A stretch of 33,163 bases of DNA from NCBI GenBank assembly GCA_002402275.1, contig DHFN01000119.1, forward strand, positions 1-33,163, given 5' to 3'. This DNA comes from Anaerolineales bacterium UBA4823. GTDB taxonomy: Bacteria > Chloroflexota > Anaerolineae > Anaerolineales > UBA4823. This document shows positions 15,167 through 23,166 of this stretch, in pieces. The translations under genes and the position numbers were made by a program. The notes below the pieces were generated by a model that saw only the letters and a list, made by a program, of their open reading frames with translations, did no database searches and was not told where the DNA came from. Numbering within the stretch: the first letter of the stretch is position 1; each line of letters starts with the position of its first letter.

Positions 15167-17911
15167 TTATTTGATTTTTTCTCGGATCCATGTCTCAGCC
15201 AGGATACCCACTTGGTTTAATTTTTCAATGTCTCTTCCTCCTGCTTGGGCTAAAGTGGGCTTTCCACCGCCTCCTCCACCTAGGGGAAGAGCAAGGTATT
15301 TTACCAAATCAACCGCGCTCCATCCAATTTTCACTAAATCATCCGAGATGCCGACGATCAAAAGAGGTTTTTGATTGATGTTGCTACCCAAAACAATTAC
15401 ACCATGATTTGGCACTTTTTGTCGGAAACGGTCTACTAATTGTCGCAGAGTGTCTTGGTCAACATCATTAAACAAGAGAGAGAGGTACGCAATTTCGCCA
15501 ATTTGTTTTATATGACTTCCAAATTTTTCCTCATATTCTTGCTGAACTAGTTGTTGTTTTAACAAGCTGACTGATTTGGAGAGACTATCATTCTCCATGA
15601 TGGTTTGGTTGATTTTATCAACCATATTTTCTATCGAAGTGTTGAGCAAGGAAGCGGATTCTTGTAAAATGGATAGACGTTTGGAGGCAATTTCATAGGC
15701 TTTTCTGCCTGTGACAGCTTCAATTCGACGAATACCCGCTGCTACACTACCCTCTGATAAAATAAGGAATAATCCAATGTCGCCAGTTTGGTTTACATGA
15801 GTGCCACCGCATAGTTCATTTGAGATAGTATTGTCATTTCCGATAAGAATATTGCGCACAATTTCACCATATTTTTCCCCAAATAATGCTGTCGCTCCTT
15901 CATTGATTGCTTGCTGAAGGGGTTTAAATTCAATACGAAGAGGGAAATTATCAAGAATATCTTGATTTACGGAATCTTGAATCTGCTGAATCTGTTCGGG
16001 TGTTACGGCATCGGGGTGAGTAAAATCGAATCGAAGTCTATCAGGTGCGACTAGTGAACCAGCTTGGCGAGCGTGCTCTCCAAGAATCTTGCGTAAATGG
16101 CGGTGCAATAGATGAGTTGCGGTATGATTGCGCATGATATCCTGGCGGCGTTTACGATCCACCACCGCAATGGCTTGATCATTCACTTTGGGGGTACCTT
16201 CGATAACCTCACCTACATGAACGATTACCCCAGCAGCTGGTTTACGTACGTCTTTGATGGCGATGCGCCATGAATTTCCAGTTTTACTCTTTATCCACCC
16301 TTGATCCGACACCTGTCCACCACTTTCAACATAAAAGCAGGTTTGGTGCAGCAACACTTCGATCTGGTCTCCAATATTTGCGGAATCAACCAACTTTCCT
16401 GACTTGAAGATAGCTAGAATTTCACTATCAATTGTGGTAGTTGTATAGGGATCATATTTCACACCCGGTTGAGTTAACTTTCCTTGGACAATTAATTTAT
16501 CTAAAACGGGACGATAGATATCTACATCTTCACCCCCCAGCTCTCCAAATGCCTCCCCCGCTCCAGATGCAAAACGATGATTTTCCATCGCCTCATAAAA
16601 CCCTTTTTCATCAACAGACATTTTTTGTTCTCCAAGAATGTCTTTAGTTATCTCCAAGGGTAAACCAAAGGTTGCATAAAGGCTAAAAGCTTGCTCACCT
16701 TCCAAGGTGTTGGAATTGGTCTCTTGTAACTTCTCAATTAAATTCTCCAGCTTGGTTAATCCACCTTCCAACGTTCGGTGGAATCGTACCTCTTCTCTGG
16801 TTATATAATCCAAGATCGTTTGCCGATTGCGGGTTAATTCAGGATAAAATTCACCATATTCCTGGATAACCACATCCGCAACTTGGGCAAGAAAAGGTTC
16901 GTTCAAACCGATTTTGCTTCCGAAACGAGATGCGCGGCGGATGATCATCCGGCAAACATAATTTCTGCCGGTATTTCCCGGAATAACTCCATCTGCAATC
17001 AAAAAGGCAGCCGCGCGGGAATGATCTGCAATGACACGATAAGGTGTAAAATTATTCTCGCGTTGTTCATCGCTATGACCGCAAAGTTGTTGGACGCGCA
17101 CCATCATAGGCCAAAAAAGGTCGGTACGATAATTCGATTGGACATTTTGTAGTACCGAGACGATACGCTCTAAACCCATACCCGTGTCAACATGTTTAGC
17201 AGGTAGAGGTTGAAGTTGGGTTGGGCTTAAGCGATTATATTGAATAAAAACCAGATTCCACAATTCCAGGAAACGTTTACAATCCCCATTTACTTGGCAG
17301 ATATGTCCAGGAATGCCCTGCTTATCACAGAACTCTGTGCCACGATCAATATGTATTTCACTACAAGGGCCGCAAGGACCTGTCTCAGCCATTTCCCAAA
17401 AATTCTCTTTACGACCGAAATATAAAATATGATCAGGATATATCCCAAGTTGTGAGCGCCAGTGGATAGCAGCTTCAGAATCTTCGGGTATATCCCCATG
17501 GTCATCCCGAAAACAAGATACCCACAGTTGATCTTTAGGGATCTTCCAAACCTCTGTCAGCAAATCCCAAGCCCAAGTAATCGCTTCTTTTTTGTAATAA
17601 TCCCCAAAAGACCAATTTCCAAGCATTTCGAAAAATGTGTGGTGAGTATCATCTCTTCCCACATCTTCAAGGTCGTTATGCTTTCCAGCCACGCGCATAC
17701 ATTTTTGGGAATTGGTAGCGCGGGTATAAGGACGTTTATCCGTTCCCAAGAATACATCTTTGAACTGTACCATACCCGCATTTGTAAACAGTAAAGTTTG
17801 ATCCCCACCAGGAACTAAGCTTGACGAAGGAACAAATGTATGACCATGGTTTACGAAAAAATCAATAAAATCCTGTCTAATTTTTGAGCCACTTATAATA
17901 TTAGATTGCAT
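15167..17911 (-). CDS. alaS: Alanine--tRNA ligase
   Basis: MQSNIISGSKIRQDFIDFFVNHGHTFVPSSSLVP..., FTNAGMVQFK, the editing-domain motif HTATHLLH, CGGTHV and a C-terminal DHHA1-like GGGGGGKP are all present. The start is ATG 17911-17909 with AAGGAG 7 nt upstream. The track extension to 18007 is non-conserved. Confidence 0.95.
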   Translation of the reverse strand: MQSNIISGSKIRQDFIDFFVNHGHTFVPSSSLVPGGDQTLLFTNAGMVQFKDVFLGTDKRPYTRATNSQKCMRVAGKHNDLEDVGRDDTHHTFFEMLGNWSFGDYYKKEAITWAWDLLTEVWKIPKDQLWVSCFRDDHGDIPEDSEAAIHWRSQLGIYPDHILYFGRKENFWEMAETGPCGPCSEIHIDRGTEFCDKQGIPGHICQVNGDCKRFLELWNLVFIQYNRLSPTQLQPLPAKHVDTGMGLERIVSVLQNVQSNYRTDLFWPMMVRVQQLCGHSDEQRENNFTPYRVIADHSRAAAFLIADGVIPGNTGRNYVCRMIIRRASRFGSKIGLNEPFLAQVADVVIQEYGEFYPELTRNRQTILDYITREEVRFHRTLEGGLTKLENLIEKLQETNSNTLEGEQAFSLYATFGLPLEITKDILGEQKMSVDEKGFYEAMENHRFASGAGEAFGELGGEDVDIYRPVLDKLIVQGKLTQPGVKYDPYTTTTIDSEILAIFKSGKLVDSANIGDQIEVLLHQTCFYVESGGQVSDQGWIKSKTGNSWRIAIKDVRKPAAGVIVHVGEVIEGTPKVNDQAIAVVDRKRRQDIMRNHTATHLLHRHLRKILGEHARQAGSLVAPDRLRFDFTHPDAVTPEQIQQIQDSVNQDILDNFPLRIEFKPLQQAINEGATALFGEKYGEIVRNILIGNDNTISNELCGGTHVNQTGDIGLFLILSEGSVAAGIRRIEAVTGRKAYEIASKRLSILQESASLLNTSIENMVDKINQTIMENDSLSKSVSLLKQQLVQQEYEEKFGSHIKQIGEIAYLSLLFNDVDQDTLRQLVDRFRQKVPNHGVIVLGSNINQKPLLIVGISDDLVKIGWSAVDLVKYLALPLGGGGGGKPTLAQAGGRDIEKLNQVGILAETWIREKIK

Positions 17912-17939
17912 AAACGCTCCTTGAAAAAATATAGCATAA

Positions 17940-17948
17940 ATTATACCA
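17940..17948 (-). promoter_or_regulatory. Candidate extended -10 promoter (TGgTATAAT) for alaS
   Basis: The minus strand reads cttGGTATAATttatgc, which gives TGnTATAAT about 29 nt upstream of the alaS ATG. Confidence 0.4.
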
Positions 17949-18038
17949 AGATGAAAAGATTTATCCCATTTGAAAAGGAAAGGATTGGAAAGTAGGTTAT
18001 AATCCAACTAAGAAATTATTTGAAATCATGGTGAAATT

Positions 18039-18764
18039 TTGATAGCAAATGATCATAATCAAATTAATTCAAACCATTCTATTGCAGCGATAATACCTGC
18101 TTACAATGAATCAAAGGGAATTGTAAAAGTCTTAGAGGTTCTCCGAGATATAAATTATCTCTCTGAAATTATTGTTGTGGATGATGGTTCTAAAGACGGA
18201 ACTGGGAAAAATGTGATCAAGCAAGCTGAAAAGGATCCAAGAATTCATTTAATCCGTCATGAAAAAAACCAGGGGAAAGGGCAGTCTGTATCTGATGCAA
18301 TTAAGATAACCAATTCCAATCTCATTATTACATTGGATGCTGACTTAAAAGGATTAAAACCATTGCACATTAGCCAATTGGTAGAACCTTTATTGACCAG
18401 TGACGTTGATATGACTTTGGGAATATTTAAGGGTGGCAACTTACGAACCGATTTAAGCCATTGGTTAACTCCCTGGCTTAGTGGACAGAGGGCTTTATGG
18501 TTGAGCCATCTTGAGAAGATATATTGGCCTGCTGCTTCAGGTTATGGCTTAGAGACGGCTATCACAGCCGCCAGTCAAAAATATCAATGGAAAACTCGCC
18601 GAGTCTTTTGGATGGGGGTCTCCCATCCTCCTAGCGAAGTACATCGTGGATTAATCAGAGGAGTTTATAATCGCTCAAAGATGTACTCTCAAATTCTCAA
18701 AGCCTGGATCCTGGCCACCTGGGGCGACAGGAAAACGGATAAAATCAAAATCTTCAATTATTAA
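18039..18764 (+). CDS. Family 2-type (GT-A fold) glycosyltransferase, soluble, GpgS-like tail
   Basis: AAIIPAYNESKGI...IIVVDDGSKDGT...NQGKGQS...TLDADL (DxD) is the classical GT-A core. LSGQRAL...SGYGLETAI resembles glucosyl-3-phosphoglycerate-synthase-like enzymes. The start is TTG and no in-frame ATG lies nearby. Confidence 0.8.
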   Translation: MIANDHNQINSNHSIAAIIPAYNESKGIVKVLEVLRDINYLSEIIVVDDGSKDGTGKNVIKQAEKDPRIHLIRHEKNQGKGQSVSDAIKITNSNLIITLDADLKGLKPLHISQLVEPLLTSDVDMTLGIFKGGNLRTDLSHWLTPWLSGQRALWLSHLEKIYWPAASGYGLETAITAASQKYQWKTRRVFWMGVSHPPSEVHRGLIRGVYNRSKMYSQILKAWILATWGDRKTDKIKIFNY

Positions 18765-18773
18765 TCTCTTTCC

Positions 18774-20354
18774 ATGACAAAAACGAACCGGCGCATTATT
18801 AATATCGCTGTATTTGTTACCGGCATGACTTCACTAGCAATAGAGTTAACTGCATCGCGCTTGGTTGGAACGATTTATGGGAATAGCAACTTAGTTTGGG
18901 CGACGATTATCGGATTAATTCTGATATTTTTGGCTACAGGGTATTTCCTAGGGGGACGACTAGCAGATCGAAAACCTATCCAATCAACCATGTATCAATT
19001 AATGTTTTGGGGTGGTTTTGCAACTGGTTTTATCCCGGTGATTGCCAAACCCATAATGCGTTTTGCCTCTGATGCATTTGATCAATTGCAAATGGGAATT
19101 TTATTTGGATCGTTTGGGGTGGTTTTACTCATTTTGATTATTCCGATGACTATGTTAGGTATGATTTCTCCTTATGCAATTCGTCTCTCGATTAATGGGA
19201 AGGATACCTCTGGCAAAATTTCAGGACAACTTTATGCCATTTCTACGTTGGGCTCATTTATTGGAGCCTTTTTACCCGTCCTTGTTCTCATTCCAACCAT
19301 TGGAACATTTTTTACTTTTGTTACATTTGGTTTTCTTACTTGTGTGGTAGCTTTGATTGGGCTCTGGGCAGGTGGAGAGCGAAAGTCAATTTTTCTTTAT
19401 ATTCTTTCTCTGGTAATTCTGCTGATCGTTACATTTTGGTTTAAAGGGCAACCCCTTAAAGCAAGTGAAGGACAAGTATTCGAAACTGAATCAGCTTACA
19501 ACTACATTCAAGTTTTACAAGAGGGGGAATATCGGTATTTACGTCTGAATGAAGGACAAGGGATACACTCCGAATGGCATCCTTCTCAACTTTTCTATGC
19601 TGGGCCATGGGAACAATTTCTAGCAGGTCCATTTTTTAATGTTGGAGGAGGAGAAAATAGTAGTTATGATCCATCAAATGTTAAAAGAATCGCCATTATC
19701 GGACTAGCCGCAGGAACAGCTGCTAGGCAAGCAAGTGCAGTGTTTGGTGCGATTCCCATTGATGGCTATGAGATTGATCCGGAAATTATCGATATTGGAA
19801 AACGCTATTTTGGCATGGATTTACCTAATTTGAATGCCGAGGCAGTGGATGGACGTTGGGGAATTGAACATAGTCCATATAAATATGATTTAATTATTGT
19901 AGATGCTTATCGTCCGCCTTATATTCCCTGGCATTTAACAACTCTAGAATTTTTTCAAATTGTTGCCCAGCATTTAACCTCTAAGGGAGTACTGGCAATA
20001 AATGTAGGCAGGGCTCCGGACGACCGTCAATTGATCAATGGCTTTTGTGGAACTCTTGCCCAAGTTTATCCATCTATCTACGTAATGGATTTGCCAGACA
20101 CATTTAATTCCATCATTTATGCTACCATCCAACCAACGAATGTCGAAAACTTTTATCGTAATTTATTGGCATTTTATCCACGCAAGGATATCCATCCATT
20201 ACTGATTGAAGTAATGGAACGCTTTGTCGTTTATCAAAAACCAGTGGAAAAGTCTTCTATTGTTTTTACAGATGACAAAGCTCCAATTGAATGGATGACC
20301 AACAATCTTGTTTTAAATTTCCTACTTTCTGGAGAGGTTGAAAAATTACAATGA
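18774..20354 (+). CDS. Fused polytopic membrane domain / spermidine-synthase-like (class I MTase fold) protein
   Basis: The N-terminal roughly 215 aa contain about 7 hydrophobic helices. The C-terminal part reads YNYIQV...YRYLRLNEG...IAIIGLAAGTAARQ...IDGYEIDPEIIDIGKRYF...DLIIVDAYRPPYIPWHLTTLEFF...GVLAINV, which resembles SpeE. The canonical GGGDG loop is replaced by GLAAGT. Confidence 0.8.
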   Translation: MTKTNRRIINIAVFVTGMTSLAIELTASRLVGTIYGNSNLVWATIIGLILIFLATGYFLGGRLADRKPIQSTMYQLMFWGGFATGFIPVIAKPIMRFASDAFDQLQMGILFGSFGVVLLILIIPMTMLGMISPYAIRLSINGKDTSGKISGQLYAISTLGSFIGAFLPVLVLIPTIGTFFTFVTFGFLTCVVALIGLWAGGERKSIFLYILSLVILLIVTFWFKGQPLKASEGQVFETESAYNYIQVLQEGEYRYLRLNEGQGIHSEWHPSQLFYAGPWEQFLAGPFFNVGGGENSSYDPSNVKRIAIIGLAAGTAARQASAVFGAIPIDGYEIDPEIIDIGKRYFGMDLPNLNAEAVDGRWGIEHSPYKYDLIIVDAYRPPYIPWHLTTLEFFQIVAQHLTSKGVLAINVGRAPDDRQLINGFCGTLAQVYPSIYVMDLPDTFNSIIYATIQPTNVENFYRNLLAFYPRKDIHPLLIEVMERFVVYQKPVEKSSIVFTDDKAPIEWMTNNLVLNFLLSGEVEKLQ

Positions 20355-21007
20355 AGGCTTTTTTTGTAAAACTATTTAGTGGGTTAATTTCTTTGATAAC
20401 ACCAATATTATTAGTATTGACAGTTGTACGCTTACTCCTTACACCAGTCTTTTTGCAGATCGAATATCATTTACCGGCATTCCCGCCTGACCAGTTTGGC
20501 TTTAGCCAGCAAGATCGTCTTTATTGGTCAGGGTTTGCTTTGGATTATCTCCTAAATGATCAAGGAATTGAGTTCCTAGGAAATTTAAAATTCGAGAATG
20601 GCAATCCTGTATATAACCAACGAGAATTACAGCACATGATTGATGTTAAGGTCGTCGTACAAAAAGTGTTACTGGTTTGGTATGCTTTAATTGCATTTTT
20701 TATTTTGGTTGGAATTCTGGCATGGAAAACCGGAACGTGGGGAGATTTTCGTTTGGCATTAGCAAATGGTGGATTATTTACAATCATCTTGTTGGCGCTG
20801 GTGATAATTTTTGTTTTAATTGGATTTGGAATGTTTTTTGTTGCTTTCCATAATGTCTTTTTTACGCCAGGCACGTGGACTTTCCTTTGGTCCGACACAT
20901 TAATTCGATTATTTCCAGAACGTTTTTGGAGGGATGCTTTTTTATTTGCCAGTGGGCTGGCAATGATTTTGGGGTGGGTGCTGTGGCGGTGTGGAAAAAG
21001 GGCATAG
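20351..21007 (+). CDS. Integral membrane protein, DUF1461/TIGR01906-type (family of lipoprotein intramolecular transacylase Lit)
   Basis: It has four hydrophobic segments and the motif FHNVFFTPGTWTFLWSDTLIRLFPERFWRDA, which is characteristic of DUF1461 as I recall it. An ATGA start/stop overlap links it to the upstream gene. Confidence 0.55.
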   Translation: MKAFFVKLFSGLISLITPILLVLTVVRLLLTPVFLQIEYHLPAFPPDQFGFSQQDRLYWSGFALDYLLNDQGIEFLGNLKFENGNPVYNQRELQHMIDVKVVVQKVLLVWYALIAFFILVGILAWKTGTWGDFRLALANGGLFTIILLALVIIFVLIGFGMFFVAFHNVFFTPGTWTFLWSDTLIRLFPERFWRDAFLFASGLAMILGWVLWRCGKRA

Positions 21008-21020
21008 ACTTTTAAAAATA

Positions 21021-21058
21021 AACCTTCCGAAGAACTGATTCCTTCGGAAGGTTTTTTG
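21021..21058. terminator. Bidirectional rho-independent terminator between convergent genes
   Basis: A 12-bp perfect stem pairs AACCTTCCGAAG (21021-21032) with CTTCGGAAGGTT (21042-21053). It is flanked by AAAAATA upstream and TTTTTG downstream, so a U-tract exists on both strands. Confidence 0.75.
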
Positions 21059-21061
21059 ATT

Positions 21062-21829
21062 TTATGCTTTTGCTTTTCCTTGTGCCGCTACAGCTTCAGC
21101 CGCTTTTCGGACGGTTTCCTCATCACCTAAGTAATAATGAGTGATCGGTTTAAGGTCAGCATCTAATTCGTAGATGAGAGGGATTCCGGTTGGAATATTC
21201 AGCTCAACAATGTCTTCTTCCGAGACGTCATCGAGGTATTTCACAAGTGCTCGTAGACTATTCCCGTGCGCTGAAACCAAGACCTTTTTTCCGCTTTTAA
21301 TAGTTGGGGCAATAGTACTAAACCAATAAGGAAGCATTCGAGCAACTGTATCCTTGAGGGATTCACATTTAGGTAACTCTTCTGGTTTTAGACCTGCATA
21401 ACGTGGATCAAACCGAGGATGTCGGGGATCGTCTAGATCAAGAGGGGGCGGTGGAACATCATAACTGCGCCGCCATAATTTAACTTGCCCCTCCCCAAAC
21501 TTTACAGCTGTTTCTGCTTTATTTAAGCCTTGCAAAGCACCATAATGGCGTTCATTCAACTGCCAGGCGTTAATTATCGGCAACCATTCCAAATCCAGTT
21601 CTTCTAACATAATCCAGAGGGTCTTAATTGCCCTTTTCAAAACGGATGTATAGGCAATGTCAAATTTATAACCTTCTTTAAGAATTAATTTTCCCGCTGT
21701 ATGGGCTTCTTCAACTCCTTGGTCACTCAGTCCAACATCAGTCCAACCTGTAAAACGATTTTCCAAGTTCCAGGTGCTTTGTCCATGGCGGACTAAAACT
21801 AATTTGTAAACACTATTTTGAGTACTCAT
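21062..21829 (-). CDS. gpmA: 2,3-bisphosphoglycerate-dependent phosphoglycerate mutase
   Basis: [52 protein letters not shown] and [11 protein letters not shown] are canonical dPGM motifs. GGAG lies 6 nt upstream of the ATG. Confidence 0.9.
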   Translation of the reverse strand: MSTQNSVYKLVLVRHGQSTWNLENRFTGWTDVGLSDQGVEEAHTAGKLILKEGYKFDIAYTSVLKRAIKTLWIMLEELDLEWLPIINAWQLNERHYGALQGLNKAETAVKFGEGQVKLWRRSYDVPPPPLDLDDPRHPRFDPRYAGLKPEELPKCESLKDTVARMLPYWFSTIAPTIKSGKKVLVSAHGNSLRALVKYLDDVSEEDIVELNIPTGIPLIYELDADLKPITHYYLGDEETVRKAAEAVAAQGKAKA

Positions 21830-21938
21830 TGTTAGCTCCAGAGAAAAAAATATATTTAAATAGTAAGGATATTTTCACAATTAATTTCTATTCTCCATCA
21901 GGAATTTTTTGATTTAGAGACTGCTGATAGCTTCATAT

Positions 21939-23039
21939 TTATCGGACTGCTTTTTCGGTTTCTGCATCAAATATATGCATATTCTCCATGTTGAACATCA
22001 TTTGAGTATGCTCACCGATAGTATAGCGTGACCGAGGATCAACCCGAGCGATAAAGCTATGATCGCCTGTCTTCAGGTATACGAATATTTCATTACCCAT
22101 GAGTTCTGTAACATCTACAATCGATTCAACTGGTTGGGCTAAAATACCAGGTGGACAGAACTCTGGATTAAAGATATCCTCGGGACGAATACCTAAAATG
22201 ACTGGTTTATCAACATAATTTTGGTATGGAGCAGACCGATCGGAAGGAATTTCAATTCGGAAGGAATCGCCATCTACGTACAATCTACCATCTCCACGGC
22301 GAATATGAGCATTAAAAAAGTTCATAGCTGGAGATCCGATGAAACCAGCCACAAAGAGGTTATCGGGTCTATCGTAAAGTTTTTGAGGTGTATCAATCTG
22401 TTGCAGCACTCCTTGATTGATCACTGCAATGCGGGATGCCATTGTCATGGCTTCTACCTGGTCGTGAGTTACATAAATAAAAGTTGTCTGCAGTTGTAAA
22501 TGAAGTTTGCTAATGTTCGCACGTGTTTCAACCCTCAATTTAGCATCTAAGTTAGAAAGGGGTTCGTCGAATAAGAAAACCTTTGGCTCGCGAACGATCG
22601 CCCGACCTACAGCTACCCGTTGACGTTGACCACCGGAGAGTTGCCGTGGTCTTCGATTTAATAAATCTTCAATACCAAGAATTTGGGCAGCTTCATGCAC
22701 CCGGCGTTTGATTTCGTTTTTTGGCTCTTTACGCAGTTTAAGGGCAAAAGCCATGTTATCAAAAACGGTCATGTGAGGGTACAATGCATAAGATTGGAAC
22801 ACCATCGCAATATCGCGATCTTTTGGCGGAATATCATTTACCAGCTGATCACCAATGAAAAGTTTTCCGTCTGTCACATCTTCCAAACCTGCCAGGCAAC
22901 GCAAGGCAGTGGATTTACCACACCCCGAAGGTCCTACCAAGACAAGAAATTCCTTGTCTTCCACTTGAATGTTGAGATCATTAACTGCAATCACATCCCC
23001 AAATTTTTTAGTAACATGATCATAAGTAACACTAGCCAT
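21939..23039 (-). CDS. ABC transporter ATP-binding protein, MalK/UgpC/MsmX-type sugar-import ATPase (no adjacent permease or binding protein)
   Basis: Walker [11 protein letters not shown]-loop, signature LSGGQRQRV, Walker [12 protein letters not shown] and the H-loop VTHDQ are present, plus a C-terminal TOBE-like regulatory domain. The start is ATG 23039-23037 with GGAG 8 nt upstream. The track extension to 23096 is unsupported. Confidence 0.9.
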   Translation of the reverse strand: MASVTYDHVTKKFGDVIAVNDLNIQVEDKEFLVLVGPSGCGKSTALRCLAGLEDVTDGKLFIGDQLVNDIPPKDRDIAMVFQSYALYPHMTVFDNMAFALKLRKEPKNEIKRRVHEAAQILGIEDLLNRRPRQLSGGQRQRVAVGRAIVREPKVFLFDEPLSNLDAKLRVETRANISKLHLQLQTTFIYVTHDQVEAMTMASRIAVINQGVLQQIDTPQKLYDRPDNLFVAGFIGSPAMNFFNAHIRRGDGRLYVDGDSFRIEIPSDRSAPYQNYVDKPVILGIRPEDIFNPEFCPPGILAQPVESIVDVTELMGNEIFVYLKTGDHSFIARVDPRSRYTIGEHTQMMFNMENMHIFDAETEKAVR

Positions 23040-23166
23040 AAGGTTTTCTCCTTTTCTAATAAAATATAGTAATATGATTATAACTTTTTTCAACAAATTC
23101 GGTAAATAAATTTTGATTCTATTGTTGCATCTTGTCGAATAGGGGAGGACAATTTAGAATGGTTAT

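Noticed and set aside
15171-17808. Multiple 60-110-aa ORFs on both strands within alaS (for example 16883..17152 and 17462..17794)
   Set aside because: They are shadow ORFs within a 914-aa conserved gene and have no independent support.
17912-18007. 32-residue N-terminal extension of alaS in the track ORF
   Set aside because: Conserved AlaS sequence begins at the Met at 17911, which has an AAGGAG RBS. The extension would cover the candidate extended -10 promoter.
17912-18038. Possible T-box upstream of alaS
   Set aside because: The intergenic region is only about 127 nt and has no GGUGGUACC core and no terminator hairpin.
20560-20898. 112-aa minus-strand ORF inside the DUF1461 gene
   Set aside because: It is antisense to a membrane-protein gene that is translationally coupled to its neighbour. 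It has no motifs.
18039-21829. Possible functional link between the GpgS-like glycosyltransferase and the nearby phosphoglycerate-mutase-family gene (glucosylglycerate pathway)
   Set aside because: gpmA is convergent, separated by a bidirectional terminator, and has fully canonical dPGM motifs. There is no evidence that it is a glucosyl-3-phosphoglycerate phosphatase.
22221-23069. Plus-strand ORFs of 92 aa and 128 aa antisense to the ABC ATPase
   Set aside because: They are contained within a canonical ATPase gene. Their composition is typical of antisense frames.
23040-23096. 19-residue N-terminal extension of the ABC ATPase
   Set aside because: The internal ATG at 23039 has a GGAG RBS and gives the canonical MalK-type N-terminus ([14 protein letters not shown]).
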